Source of the DNA: Sphyrna mokarran
Lineage: Eukaryota
Length of the DNA: 64,000 nt
NCBI GenBank assembly: GCA_024679065.1
Contig: JAGIQG010000038.1
Coordinates: 8,060,001-8,124,000, forward strand
Reading direction: 5' to 3'
Below the pieces are notes generated by a model that searched no databases, had not been told where the DNA came from, and worked only from the letters and a program-made list of their open reading frames with translations. The position numbers were made by a program, and so were the translations under genes. Shown one piece after another: positions 1-13,029 of this stretch; position 1 is the first letter of the stretch; each line of letters starts with the position of its first letter.

Positions 1-1055
1 AAAGTCACAAATGATATCCTCTGAGTTTGTGACAAATGCAAACTTTCCCTTCTTGGTCTGTTTGCAGCCTTTGACACGGTTTGACCATCCCATCCTCGTC
101 CAATGACTCTGTCATCCAGCTAGGTGGGACTGCTCTCACCCACTTCCATTCTTATCAGAGCCAGAGAATCACTTGCTTTCTCTTCCTGCTCCTCCACCGT
201 TACTTCTGGTGTTCCCTAAGGAGTTATCTTTAGTCCCCTCCTATTTCTTATCTACATGCTGTTCCTCAGCATAACGTTCAGCTCTCCCTAACCATCACCT
301 CTCTCACCTGCCCTACTGTTACTAAATTATCAAACTGCTTGTCCCACATCCAGTACTGCTTGAGCAGAAATTTCCTTTTAAACCACTGTTTTTGGTCCCA
401 ATCCAAACCCCATCCCCTCCTCTAGCAATAGTCTGAGATTAAGCCAGTCTGTTCACAACCTCACACCATCGCAGACTGCCTATTTCCACCTCCATAACAT
501 TGCCTGACTATCTCCGTCTCAGCTCAATTGCTGCTGAAACTCTTACCCATGCCTTCATCATCTTTAGACTCACACATTGGGACATACTTCCAACTACTCT
601 CCCACATTCTACCCTCCATAAACTTGAAGGCATCCACAAACGTGCTGCTCATCTTAACTCACTGTAAGTTCCATTTCTCTATCACTCTGTGTTTACTGAT
701 TGACATTAACTCCACATCAAGCATTTTAAAATTTTCATCCCTCTTTTCAAATCTCTCCACGATCTTCCCCCTTCCCATCTCTGTAACATCCTTCAGCTTC
801 ACATCCCTTTGAGAAACATACTTCTTTAAATCTAGTGTCTCGAGCATTTGATTTTAATTGGCCCACTATTGGCAGCCATGCTTTCAGCTGCCTGGGCCCT
901 AAGCTCTGGAATTCCCTCCCTGAACCTCTCCACCTGCCTTTCCTCCCCCAAGGCACTCCTTAAAAAAACAGACCTCTTTGACCAAGCCTTTTGACTACCT
1001 GACCTAATATCTCCTTATGTAGCTTGCTGTCAGGTTGCTCTGCGATGCTCCCATG
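1..1055 (+). mobile_element. Degenerate L2-type LINE 3' portion (RT and 3' UTR)
   Basis: gcagcctttgacacggtttgaccat (SAAFDTVDH-like), ggtgttccctaaggagttatctttagtccc (GVPQGSVLGP-like) and a typical L2 3' region (ttcagctgcctgggccctaagctctggaattccctccc); many frameshifts. Confidence 0.75.
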
Positions 1056-1061
1056 AAGATG

Positions 1062-2240
1062 AGGGCAGTGCAGTTGATGCTGTCTATATGGACTTTAGCA
1101 AGATGCTGCATGCTAGGTTGTTGCATAAAGTTAAATCTCATGGGATCCAGGGTGAAGTTCTAAATAGATACAAAATTGGCTTCTTGATAGAAGCCAGAGC
1201 ATGGTTGTACAGAGTTGTTTTTCAAACTGGAGGCCTGTGTCCAGCAGTGTGTCTCAGGGATCAGTGCTGGGCCCATTATTTTTGTCATTTATATTAATGA
1301 TTTGAATGAGAATATAGGGGGGCATGGTTAGTAAGTGTGCAGATGACACCAAGATTGGTGACATAGTGAATAGTGAAGAAAGTTATCTCCAATTTCAACA
1401 GGATCTTGATCAACTGGGCCAGTAGGCTGATGGAGTTGGAGATGGAGATGGAGATGGAGTTTGATTTGGACCAATGCGAGGTGATGCATTTTGGTAGATT
1501 GAACCAGAGCAGGACTTAGTCAGTTAATGGTAGCATGATGGCAAGAATTACAGAACCAAAGATCTAGGGATACAGGTTCATAGCTCCTTGAAAGTGGAGC
1601 AACAGGTGGACTGAGTGGTAAGGAGGCATTTGGCATGCTTGGTTTCATTGGTTAGAACATTGAATACAGGAGTTGGGATGTCTTGTTGAAGTTGTCCAAG
1701 ACATTGGTAAGGCCACGCTTGGAATACAGTATGCAATTTTGGTCACTCCATTATAGGGAGGATATTATTAAGCTAGAAAGAGTGCAGAAAAGATTTACTA
1801 GGATGCTACCAGAACTTGATAGCTTGGGTTATAAAGAGAGGCTGGCTAGATGGAGCATAGAAGGCTGAGTGGTGATCTTATAGAGGTCTACAAAATAATG
1901 AGGGGCACAGATCAGCTAGATAGTCAATATCTTTCCCCAACGTAGAGAAGTCTAAAACTAGAGGGCATAGGTTTAAGGCAAGAGGGGAGAGATACAAAAG
2001 TGTCCAGAGTGGCAATTTTTACAGAGTGTGATGAGTGTCTGAACAAGCTGCCAGAGGTAGTAGTAGAGGCAGGTACAATTTTGTCTTTTAAAAAGCATTT
2101 AGATAGTTACATGGATACGATGCGTATAGAGGGATATGGGCCAAATGTGGGCAATCGGGATTAGCTTAGGGGTTTAAAAAAAGAGCAGCATGGACAAGTG
2201 GAGCTGAAGGACCTGTTTCCATGCTGTAAATTGCTATGAC
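1062..2240 (+). mobile_element. CR1 LINE 3' fragment (RT, degenerate)
   Basis: VDAVYMDFSK...HARLLHKVKSHGIQGE, KCADDTKIG, LVRPRLEYSMQFWS..KLERVQKRFTRMLP, RGHRFK; CR1-type 3' tail. Confidence 0.85.
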
Positions 2241-2249
2241 TAAAAGTGC

Positions 2250-2515
2250 CTTGGAACATATAATTCCAAAGGTGTTATCACATATGCAAGTTGTCATATT
2301 TCAAAGAGCAAGGGAGGTTATCCCCACTGCTATGGCTAACATGTTATCCCTCAATCAGCATCACAAAAAAACATGGTCATCATCACATTGCTGTTTGTGG
2401 GAACTTGGCCACCACACCTCCCAACAACAGAGACCATATTTGGTATACAACTGGCTGTAAAGTGTTTTGGGTGGAATATTCTAGTGAAAAGCATGACATC
2501 AATGCAAGTTTCTTT
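2250..2515 (+). mobile_element. DeuSINE/SacSINE1-like fragment
   Basis: ggtcatcatcacattgctgtttgtgggaacttgg and an end resembling atcaatgcaagtttcttt; matches the better copies at 21655-22000 and 28570-28985. Confidence 0.5.
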
Positions 2516-2555
2516 TTCCCTTATGGACATTTGAGTAACTTCCAATTAAATTGCT

Positions 2556-2840
2556 AGCACGAGGGGACACAGCTTTAAATTAAGGGGTATGAGTTATAGG
2601 ACGGATATCAGAGGTAGGTTCTTTACTCAAAGAGTGATTAGGGAGTGGAATGCCCTGCCTGCAGCTGTTGTAGATGCGCCAAGTTTGGTGGCGTTTAAGA
2701 GGTTAATTGATAAGTATATGGAAGAGAAGGGAATGGTTTAGTTTGGAGGGGCATTGCTTTTTATTTTGGTCGGCACAACATCGAAGGCCGAAGGGCCTGT
2801 TCTGTGCTGTAATGTTCTATGTTCTATGTTCTATGTTCTA
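2556..2840 (+). mobile_element. Young CR1-type LINE 3' end with (TTCTATG)n tail
   Basis: RGHSFKLRG-like start, ggccgaagggcctgttctgtgctgta, then TTCTATG repeats; near-identical short reverse copy at 59430-59512. Confidence 0.75.
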
Positions 2841-3914
2841 AATACATTTGCCTGGTTACATCTAAATGTTACCAGAGCCAACAGGAGCTGCCTCAGTGGG
2901 AGCCTCATATGTTGCAACATGAAGTGACTGATCGCTCTCTTCACTATCACTGCTGAGAAGCAAACATTGGGTGTCCCAGCAGGGCTCAGACATGGGAATA
3001 TTTGACTCAGGAGGATCACAAGACACCTGTACATTTTCTGGGTTCTCGAATTCTAGAGGCAGCTGCATGGATATGAAAATAGATGTTATCACTGAAAAGG
3101 TATTACCAACCAGCAGACCAGGATATGTTACTGCTGGAAGTCATAATGCTTCATGTTTTCTCTCAGCCTCGAGTCAATGCTAATCCCTGACTTACGTAAA
3201 GCTTGTTTTTTTATAATTGTATAACCACATTTGCAAATTTCATTGCAAAGCTTTTTTCAATAACTGACTGGAGCTTCAGCACAAAGCTCGAAAGGGACAC
3301 TTTTTTGTGGGCACTTAATGTAATGTTCAAATTGGCCTATGCTCAATATAAGAAGCAGGAAATTAAGGTATTGGGAAAAGATCTACATTTCAAGGGTCAT
3401 GTGAGGTAGTGTCAGCTCCAAGGATCTGCTGAGAAAATTGTCCAAGGGACGAAATGAGCTGAAGATGTCCTAGGCTTCTCACACCTGTTTAAAGTTTCTT
3501 TGGTACAATTAGCTACAAGCAATAATATTTAGAGCATTTGAGGACATTATCCCTAGAACTGGCTTTAATGTTTAATCATTTTTAATAGTCTGCTTGGATC
3601 CCAATGTGCTAAATGACACAATGTTACCTCGAACCCCAACCATTGATTAATTCAAAGTAAAAATCACCCTTTTAAAAACCGCAAGTGTGTTGCTTCTGAA
3701 ATTGCTTTCCCTGGGCAGACGTGAAAGCATTCCCGGTGCTGCCAACTGCATCCCCAGAGCCAAATTCAGGCTAACCTGTGATAATTTTCATTTCTGACGA
3801 AAGGATCATAGCTTGCCAAAATCCAACACAGGCCCCCTGATTAAAATTCATTACTGGGTATAATGTGTCATCAGACAAGGTTAAATTTGGGACTGTTCTC
3901 ATCAGGACAATCAA

Positions 3915-4400
3915 CTACTTGCAGTTATATAGAATGTCCCAAGGCATTTCGAGATTAATGATCAAACAAAACTCGACACCAAGCTACATAAGGAAGTATT
4001 AGATCAGATGACCAAAAGCTTGGTCAAAAAGGGAGGTTTTAAGAAGGATCTTGAGAAGAAAGAAGCAGAGAGATTCGGAGGGGAGGGAGGAGAATTTCAG
4101 AGCTTAGGACCCCAGGTAGCTGAAGGAGCAGCCGTCCACAGTGAATTGATTCAAATTCAGGATGCACTAAAGGAGCAGTTATTGGAGAAGTGCGGAGTTC
4201 TTTGAAAGGCTATAGGGCTGGAAGACTGGCAGGGGGATAAGAGAGAGAGACACTGCTGGACTGAATTGTAGGTCAGCGAGCACAGTGAGTGATAGATGAA
4301 CAGAACTCTGAGTAATGACTAGTGCAACAGAGCTTTGGCTGAACTCAATTTATGGAGAGTAGATGACGGAAGCATTAGCAAGGACCACTGAAACCTCATT
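3915..4400 (-). mobile_element. L2-type LINE 3' fragment
   Basis: Reverse-complement similarity to 870-1050 (ggagagaatttcagagcttaggacccc..agctgaagg; aaaagcttggtcaaaaagg). Confidence 0.6.
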
Positions 4401-5572
4401 GATAGTTGGAGGTACGTTGTCAAATTGTTGCTCTGAGCACCAACAAAATTCGAACCAGCACTACTCAATTTTCACTATGCACAGCAGGAAATAGTGTTCA
4501 GTCTGTGGTTATAGACAGCCAAAGCTATCAGCAGTGCTATTCTGATAGCTGTACAGTCTCAACATAGGGAAAGGACCGACTTGGATATTATTTTAGTCCG
4601 GCACAGGAGACCTGTTCAGACTATCCAGGAGGCCAGAACTGAACCCAGGTTTCTCTTTGCTTTCATGTAACCAAAATAAACTGTCTACTTTTGATGCTGG
4701 AGATTTAAAAATGAGAGAATAAAGTCTTCAATCTAATTAAGGCTGAATCGAAAGCCTTAAAACTACCAGTTTGTAATAGTTAATTCTTTTCAAAAATCGT
4801 TGCTCGCAGATAAATTCTTACCTAGAACGTGTTAAAAGTTTTATTATATTCCTGGTCTGCATTAAGCAGAACTTAGCTACAACAGCAGCACAGTGCTATG
4901 AATTGCTATTGTGTTCCCAGGCCAAAGAGAGAAGGGAAAAAGCAGCCATAACTCCTGGTCATTATTCAGTGGACCTTGCTGGAAAACACAAAGGCAGGGA
5001 CGTTTGCTGAGATGAGGATTAGGCTTGCTTAGCCTGATGAAAATGGCTGTCAGCAACTCACTGTGAGCCAACAATCCAAAATACCAGAATTGTGACCTAA
5101 CAAAAGGAAGTGGAGTTGAAACTGGTCACTGGCAGCACATCATTCAGTTTTCCATGATGCCAGCTTTGCATTTCCATTGATTTTGGGCTGCGTTGTTCCA
5201 ATTTCTCAGCCTCTCAGGAAGGCATTCAGATTTGTAACTGCTACAAGAGAGATGGGATGAAAACTCTACAAGGGACAAGCAATTTCACTGTGGGAGTATT
5301 ATTTTTAAGAGGTACACCCAAAATGCTCGCAGAAGTTAAGGTATTTTTCTTCGGCTAATCTTTAGGTGAACATAGATGTTAAAGTCACCAATTTCCTTTG
5401 CCAGAAAAAGGTTTCAAATTTGTGCCATTGTCTTAAAGAGTTTATTATTGGGATAATCAGCCTTTTGATGTTAGGCTCTTCTCAATACAAGGTTCACATA
5501 AAAACAAAAGCTGAAAGGATCTCTTCAGGTAGTATAATAGTCATTTCTATTGGCCATAAGCTTTGACCTTAC

Positions 5573-5869
5573 CTGGCATTTGATTCCCGCTTTGCTACAG
5601 GGGCATGCTTCAGGATCACAGTAAAACTTACAGTCGCACCCGCATTCCTCCCTGGACGAGCGAATGGCTCGCAGCTCATGTTTTTCCTCGGTATCAATCC
5701 TGTTGACGCCCGATGCACGTAATAAAGCTCTTCGCCTTTTTGTGGGTAGTGGTTGTAAAAAGAAATAGTCATCTACCTCAATACTGTCCACATCAATGTC
5801 ATCATCAGAAACGTCATCAATGGTGAGTACATTGGCTTCCTCCGACTCAACTGTACCGTTTTTGGTCAA
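5573..5869 (-). CDS. CSRNP2: CSRNP2 coding exon 3 (297 nt, phase 0/0): [27 protein letters not shown]...[24 protein letters not shown]
   Basis: Very close to the conserved CSRNP domain ([30 protein letters not shown]); acceptor tctcaatag|TTG and donor CAG|gtaagg; frame-consistent with the upstream exon. Confidence 0.96.
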
Positions 5870-5924
5870 CTATTGAGAAAAGTTTAGAATGGTTTATGGT
5901 TAGGCATGTGTGATACAAATAATC

Positions 5925-6075
5925 TGCCTTTTCTTCCACAACTCTTGCAATTTTAGAACCAATAACTTAATGCTTTTTAATTCACCTAACACTTCCTCCC
6001 TCGTAATGAGGACTTGTTTTAAAGGGTTTACACACCCCTCCAAGACACCATCCATCGATGTGTCCCTCTCCTGAT
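5925..6075 (-). mobile_element. CR1 ORF2 internal fragment
   Basis: Translation ...QVLITREEVLGELKSIK, typical of the linker preceding the CR1 RT. Confidence 0.55.
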
Positions 6076-6424
6076 AGGTTCGCAACCCAATGCAGTGCTA
6101 ATACACTCATACCACAAGCAATGGTGTCCATAATCAAGTCAATTTACTGAACAAATTGCTGATGTAGATCAATAACTGCAGTCCTACAGCATTGGGACCC
6201 TAACCACAGGACTCATTTGAAAACCCATCTCAATAACTGAACGGTGTCACAAAATGACAACTTTAGCATAGGTGACTAGACAGGGTAGCTGAGGACTAAT
6301 CTTTGGTCGAAACATGGAACAGAAAATGACAGAGTCCTCTTCAAAAAGGGTGAAATCAGTCTGCAGATTAGAATTAGGAGTCTAACAATGACTCTGTTGG
6401 TGAGGGACAGGCATGAAGGATATC

Positions 6425-6718
6425 ACAGAATTGCTGCAGTAGAGAATGAGGCCATTTGACCCACTGAACCTACACCGATAACTATCCCACCCAGACCCAA
6501 TTCCCCCTAATCCCCCCTTACACTAAAGGGCAATTTAGAATGGCCGATCAACATAATCTGCACATCTTTGGAGTGTGGGAGGAAACCGGAGCACCTGGAG
6601 GAAACCTAGACAGACATTGGGAGAATTTACACACTCCACACAAACAGTCATCCAAGGCTGGAATTGAACCCAGGTCCCTGGAGTTGAGGCAGCAGTGCTA
6701 ACCACTATGCCACCCATA
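6425..6718 (-). mobile_element. HE1/V-SINE-type tRNA-derived SINE
   Basis: Reverse of ggcatagtggttagcactgctgcctc..ccagggacctgggttcaattcc (A/B boxes) plus the V-domain ggtttcctccaggtgctccggtttcctcccacac. Confidence 0.85.
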
Positions 6719-7519
6719 TTAACATCACCTACAATCCTAGGGATGTGCACAACACAGCCTGAAATGGCAGCTTCCATATTTTCAATCACGTAGCTTCGAA
6801 AGTCAAAACGACTTCATCCAAACATGGTGGCCCATCCACTCCATTTAGGATAGAGAGCAATTTAGGATGGAGAGCAATAAGGTGAAGGTGGAATATAAAT
6901 CAAAACTCTTCTGTGAAACTATATCCACAACAATCTAGAAACATAGCAACAGGTGGCTGAGCCCCCAAAAAAGCTGATACCTCAGTAACAGCCTTGGCTA
7001 CTAGCCTATGATGCACAAGAACAAGTAGTCACAGAGTTGGACCTTAAACTCTCAGTATAACAAATGTTCCTTCACCAGTATTGAAGGAGTAGAAGTAAAG
7101 TACTGACAGACTGAAGGGTGAAATATAAAGATCAAAGATACATTTACTTTCCAAGTGAGCCTGCAAGAATGCTCCTTCCAAAAAGTATTGGTTTCTGACT
7201 GGCACAATAAGCATCGGCACTGCAAATCTTATTGAAAACAGCTTGCTATTTTGGAATGAATTGTTTCTCTTTATACTTCCTCCAATGGAAGGAGATCTAT
7301 AATCAAAAGAAAGACGAAATTTTAAAAAACACCAGATAGGAGAACAGAGACCTTCCAGTCAGGACCTGTAATGGCAAATTTAAAACGTGCACACCAGGCC
7401 CAAATACAATCCCCTCTCAGCACACAGCTGTAGTACATATCCACTGAGTCAGGATATTAATAGCAGCACATTCTAGTTGATTTTACATCCACACAACTAG
7501 TCATCTTTGCTCCTTCATA

Positions 7520-7820
7520 AAACAGTGCTTAGCACTGCTGCCTCAGCAGACTTGGGTTTGATTCTGTCCTTGGGTGATTTTGTGGAGTTTGCACGTTCTT
7601 CCGGATCTACATGGGTTTCCTCTGGATGCTCCAGTTACCTCCCACAATCCAAAGATATGTGGGTTAGGTGAATTGACCATGCTAAATTGCCCCTTTGTGT
7701 CCAAGGATGTGCAGGTTAGGTGGTTTAGATGATAAATGGCAGATGGGTGGACCAGGGTGGTTTGCTCTTTCGGAGACTTAGGCTGAATGTCTTCCTTCTG
7801 CACTGTAGGGATTCTATTTT
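7520..7820 (+). mobile_element. HE1/V-SINE-type SINE
   Basis: cagtgcttagcactgctgcctcagc..gggtttgattc, V-domain, tail ccttctgcactgtagggattctat. Confidence 0.85.
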
Positions 7821-8227
7821 ATGGTACTTCCTGTTCCCACCAATCATACCACAGTTCACAGAGGCACTGCAGAACCGCAGTCCATTTACACAGATATGCT
7901 CCTTCCTCCAGCCTCCCAGTTCAAGCTGGTGCTCTTGTTCTCGTTCCCTTCCTTGACAACATTCATACAGGCTTTCCATCCACCCACTCCCAATTCAGCG
8001 CCAGCCTTCCTGCTCACTTCCTGCAGGTCAAACCGCTCCCAAATTTGCTTCCTCTTTTATTTCCCCCGTTCTTTCGAATGAAATGTTCAGTCAAGATTCA
8101 GGAGACATAAAAGATCCTATGGCATTAGTTTGAAGAAGAGCTTCAATCTTCGGAAGAGGACTTCAGTGAGGAGATGAGGGAAATAGGTAAGGCTTGAGTC
8201 AAGAGTAAACGGTGTGTGGGAACCAAG

Positions 8228-8455
8228 ATGATTTGATTTGATTTATTATTGTCACATGTATTGGGATACAGTGAAAAGTATTGTTTTTTGCACACTTACA
8301 GACAAAACATATTGTTCATAGAGAAGGAAAGGAAAGAGTGCAGAATGCAGTGTTACAGTCATAGCTAGGGTGTAGAGAAAGATCAACTTAATGCAAAATA
8401 GGTCCATTCAAAAGTCCGTCAGCAGCAGGGAAGAAGCTGTTCGAGTTGGTTGGTA
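8228..8455 (-). mobile_element. LINE 3' end (Rex/Babar- or L2-like) with (AAATC)n tail
   Basis: gatttgatttgatttattattgtcacatgtattgggatacagtgaaaag...; reverse copy at 46075-46250. Confidence 0.6.
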
Positions 8456-9834
8456 GTTAGATTGGGTCGTAAATGCACAGATTTGGTTATCTTAAATTGT
8501 GCTGATTTTCAAAGCCCTGTGAAGGTTTGGAGAATCTTAATTATGTTGAAAATCCTACCAGAGAAACACTATCTTGGGAGTCTCAGCCATGCTTCCAGAG
8601 AAGCTACTAGAACTCATTCATTTCTAAGGTGCTGACAGGTTCTTCAGAATTTGTCAGACTCTAAATAGTAATGGTCATTTTAAAAGAGACACAGAGCAGG
8701 TAGAAATGGAAAAATGTATCACAAAATGAGATTGAGCCATCGTAATGTGACATTACATTACACTAATGAGCTCAGCTTCTCCATTGATAATATTAAGTAA
8801 GCCAAGAGATCCATACAATGTTCTTATGTGCTACGTGCAATTGTAACATTTTGTTCTGTACACATAACACTGTTAAAGAACAATCAGGTCTTCAAACCAT
8901 TCTGAACAGACAAGGCAAAATGAGCAAACTTGCCAAGATTTCACTGAAAACCATTCAAACATCTCCTATTTGATGCTGGATTCTGCTTAGGTGTGCAGCT
9001 GTCCCATTATATAACTGTATTCTATGGTAATTCACGTGATGCTGGTGAAATCAGCCATGGGTTAGAAATGTGAGCAGCTGCCAGAACTCCAGCAAGGTAT
9101 ACTTGCACCTCACTCCACTTTGAGATTGAAAGGAAGGACCTATCATGCCACTCAGTGAACATATCAATAGGCCAAAAGCAGTCCTCAGAAGCCAGGATCC
9201 CAAGGCATTTCTGAGAGTGGGCCATGTTGTAAGAAGGGGGGTTTGTCCTTTTTTGGGAAGATGTTGCGATTAGCCCCAAGCTGAATGGCAGTGAAGTTCA
9301 TTACGGAAAAGGTCTGCAGGTTGATGTGTTTTGGAGGTTCAACTGTGACGAGCAATTTTGATGGGCAGCTCATTCACTGCAACCTTCCAAACAAGGAAAT
9401 AGTCCTAATCACATTCACCCACCCTGTCCCCTGATCTCTTTTTTTTTCATCCACTTATCATCATTAAGATTAAACTGGATTTTGTTTCTGCTTTCACTAA
9501 CCACACTCTCGAGATGCAATCTATCTGCTGGTTCACAACCCATTTGCAGCATTTAGCTATTGGAAGCATTGCTACTTAGCCCTCTTCACATGCTGCATTA
9601 AACTTGCAATGCATCCTCTGTTAGCCAAGCCACCTGAGGTATGGGGAAACCAATCTTCCAGGACTACATCCTGAAGGCATTCTCCCTTAGAAGGCCATTT
9701 CTTTGACCCAGTGTGGACTCAATGCTATCCTCAATTAAAACCAGCTTGCTTCATAAAGAGAGATTAGTTCAATAAACTTAAGGGTATTTGCATCCCATTT
9801 AAAACCATTGGTCTTCTCAAGAAGCAGAGATCAT

Positions 9835-10180
9835 TAGGAAGGCCAACATTTGCTGTCCATCCATCAAGATGGTGGTGAACAGCAACCTTTGAGGTTCTGC
9901 AAAGGTTTGGCACATTAGAGTTGCTTGCTAGGCTATTTCAATGTTAAGTACATTGCTGTGGCTCTGGAGTCACACGTAGGCCAGATAAGGATGGCATATT
10001 TCCTTCTGCATAGGACATTAGTGAACCAGATGGGGTTTTACAGCAGTCTCGTAGTTACTTGGTCATCATGGTTGCTCGTTTTTTAAATCTAGATTTGTGG
10101 GCCTCAGAGAAATATTTGAACTGATGTCACTGGAGTCCAGGCTTCTGGATTACTAGTCCAGTAATGTAACCACTATCTCT
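9835..10180 (-). mobile_element. tRNA-derived SINE (second family; shares its 3' end with the LINE at 13790-15610)
   Basis: gctgtggctctggagtcacacgtaggccaga...ggacattagtgaaccagatgggg...ctggattactagtccagtaatgtaaccact; homologous to 23171-23520. Confidence 0.65.
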
Positions 10181-10509
10181 TTGAGCATGAGTTAATCAAA
10201 CAAGATGATGCCAAGACTTCATGCAGCCAAGAACTACTCTGTTGCATTGCCAAGAACGTGGTGAAGGAACCGTCAAAGTTCTGTCAGAACAGCTGCTGGG
10301 TTCAATTTAATCCAGACTTAGATTTCGGTACAATACATGGAATTGTCAATCGTTTATGATTATATTTCATTCAGCTCAAAGGGATCGGTTATGCAGCAGG
10401 ATTTTACATCAGAGGAAACGTCAGGAACAGCAACAGAGCAGGGACCCCGACCCGATACCTCCCCCTCTCACGTGCCTGCTAACAGACCCAATCAGGCATG
10501 CCTTTTTAC

Positions 10510-10769
10510 CTTCATTTTCCGCACATTGAGTTTCTCTTCCTTCAAGTGGTCACGGAGCATTTCCCGATGCAGATGCTCCTGCTCCTGTGCAAACTCACAC
10601 AGCGTGTACCTGCGGATGCAGTTGTGGCGCCGGGCCATGCCCAGGGAGCTGCCTCCCTGGCTCGGCACGCTGGTGAAGCCTTGGCGGCGTGTGAAGTAGT
10701 AAACAGTGACCTGGTCGAAGCGAACATTCTTGGCTCTCAGCCGTTTCTGCTTCTTCAGAATTGAAGTTG
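10510..10769 (-). CDS. CSRNP2: CSRNP2 coding exon 2 (260 nt, phase 1/0): (P)TSILKKQKRLRAKNVRFDQVTVYYFTRRQGFTSVPSQGGSSLGMARRH...HLKEEKLNVRKMK
   Basis: Hallmark CSRNP motif RFDQVTVYYFxRRQGFTSVPSQGGSSLGM; acceptor ctcctttgcag|CA, donor AAG|gtaaaa. Confidence 0.96.
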
Positions 10770-11051
10770 CTGCAAAGGAGTTCAAAAGTAGTCAATGACT
10801 GTGCACTGAAATTAGAACAAGCAGAAACATTACAGGAGGGGAGTGGACCAAAAGTGTTAAGAACTTGTGTATAGGCCATTCACTGCAGTTTAATACATCC
10901 ACTTTTAGACACCTTTGTCGAAACTTGTGCGCGCAAATTGACTGCTATGTTCAGGATATGACAATAGTTACTACACTTGAGACTTTATAATAGAGAAGGG
11001 CACAAGATAATAGACTGGGGAAAAGCTAATCTTGAGGGGCTGGGGCTGAGA

Positions 11052-11465
11052 ATAACATAAGAAACAGGAGCAGGAGTAGGCCATTCGGCCCATTGAGGAT
11101 GCTCTGTCATTCGATACATCATAGCCAATCTGATGGCGGCCACTTTCCTGCTTGTCCCCTGTAATCCTTGACTCCCTTGTCAATCAAAAATCTGTCTAAC
11201 TGAGCTTTGAGTATATTCAAATGATCCAGCCACCACCACTTTCTGTGGAAGAATATTTCAAAAGCTAATAACCCTCAAAAATTCTTCTTCATCTCCATCT
11301 TAAATGAGAGAATTTTTTTTAAACTATGCCCTGTAGTTCTAGAATTCCCCCCACAAGGAGGAAAGACCCTCTCAGAATCTTATATGCTTTGTTAAGATCT
11401 CCTCTCATTCTAAATTCCAGTGAGAATAGGACCCCACCTGCTCAACCTTTCCATATAAGACAACC
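11052..11465 (-). mobile_element. CR1 LINE 3' end
   Basis: aacataagaaacaggagcaggagtaggccattcggccc tail in reverse, followed by reverse RT C-terminal remnants. Confidence 0.7.
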
Positions 11466-11469
11466 AAAA

Positions 11470-12390
11470 GTAACATTTCCAAGTTTGCTGACAACACAAA
11501 ACTTGGTGGGAACAAGTGATGAGGAGGATTGTTAAGCGGTTCCAAGGTGATTTAGACAAGTTGACTGAGTGGGCAAATACATGGCAGATGCAATATAATG
11601 TGGATAATTGTAAAGTTATCTACATTGGTAGGAGAAACAGAATGGCAGAGTGTTATTTAAATATTGATAGATTGGGAAATCGTAATGTACAAAAGAATCG
11701 AGATGCCCTTGTACACCAGTGAAAGCAAACATTAAGTAGAGCAAGCAGTTAGGGAGACAAATGGCATGTTCGCTTTCATTGCAAGAGAACTGGAGTACAG
11801 GAACAAGGATGTCTTACTACAGTTGTACAGGGCCTTGGAGACAGAATTGCATGCAGTTTTGGTCTCCCTACCCTCAAATGGGATATATTTGCTTGAAGGA
11901 GTGCACTAAAGGTTCACCAGACTGATTCCTGGGATGACAGGAGTGTCATACAAGGAGAAATTGGGTCAACTAGGCCTGTATTCACTGGAGTTTGGAAGAA
12001 TGAGTGGACCTCATCGAAATGTCTAAAATACTGACAGGGCTGGACAGACTGGATGCAGGGATATTGTTTCCTCTGGCTGAAGGGTCTAGACAAGGGACAC
12101 AGTCTCAAAATATAGGGTAGGCCATTTAGGACTGAGATGAGGAGAAACTTCTTCACTTGGAGAGGGGTAAACCAGTGGAATTCTCTATCGCAGAAAGCTG
12201 TGGAGGCCAAATCACTGATTATGTTTAAGGAGGATATAGATAGATTTCTCGACTCTAAAAGCATCAAGAGGTATGGAAAGCGTGCAGGAGCATGGTGTTG
12301 AGATACAGGAGTAGCCATGATCATATTGAATGGCAGAGCCTTTTCAAAGGGCTGAATGGCCTATTTCTGCTCCTATTTTCTATGTTTCAT
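11470..12390 (+). mobile_element. CR1 LINE 3' fragment
   Basis: ISKFADNTKLGG..EEDCKRFQGDLDKLTEWANTWQMQYNVDNCKVIYIG; tail ggctgaatggcctatttctgctcctattttctatg. Confidence 0.85.
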
Positions 12391-12394
12391 CCCA

Positions 12395-12970
12395 GGAATC
12401 AGCCAAGTGAAGCTTTTCTGAACTGCTTCCAATGCCGTATATCCCTCCTTAAGATCATCAAAACTGTACACAGGATTCCAGGTACAGTCACACTAAACTC
12501 TGTACAATTGTAGCAAAACCTACTTTGATACTCCATTTTCCTTGAAAGAAATGGTAAACTTACATTTGCCTTATGAATTGCTTGAAATGCTGCACCTGTC
12601 TTTTTGTGATTCCAAATCCCCCTCCGTACCACAATCTCTCTCCAATCAAATAACATTCTGCTTTGTGATTCTTCCTGCCAAAGTGGACAACCTCACATTT
12701 ACATAGAAGCACAGAAAATAGGAGCAGGCTATTTAGTCTTTTGAGCCTGCTCCACCATTCATTATCATGGTTGAGCAGCCAACTCAGTAACCTGTTCCCA
12801 CCTTCCCTCCTATATCCTTTGATCCCTTGAGCCCCAAGAGCAATCTCTTCCTTGAAAACAAAAAAATATTTTGGCCTCAACTGCTTTCTGTGGAAGAGAA
12901 TTCTGTAGGCTCCCTGCTCTCTGGGTAAAGAAATTTGTCCTCATCTCAATCCTAAATGGTTTGCCCATTT
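12395..12970 (-). mobile_element. CR1 fragments (reverse)
   Basis: KCEVVHFGRKNHKAECYL in ORF 12560-12880; reverse CR1 3' tail near 12700-12790. Confidence 0.65.
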
Positions 12971-13029
12971 CCCCACATCACATTCCAGCTGCTAAATTTT
13001 TGCCCACTCATTTAACTCAGATTCTTTAT

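Noticed and set aside
1-5572. Search for the final CSRNP2 exon (VDRMSFPCGC...)
   Set aside because: Not found; presumed outside the window rather than lost
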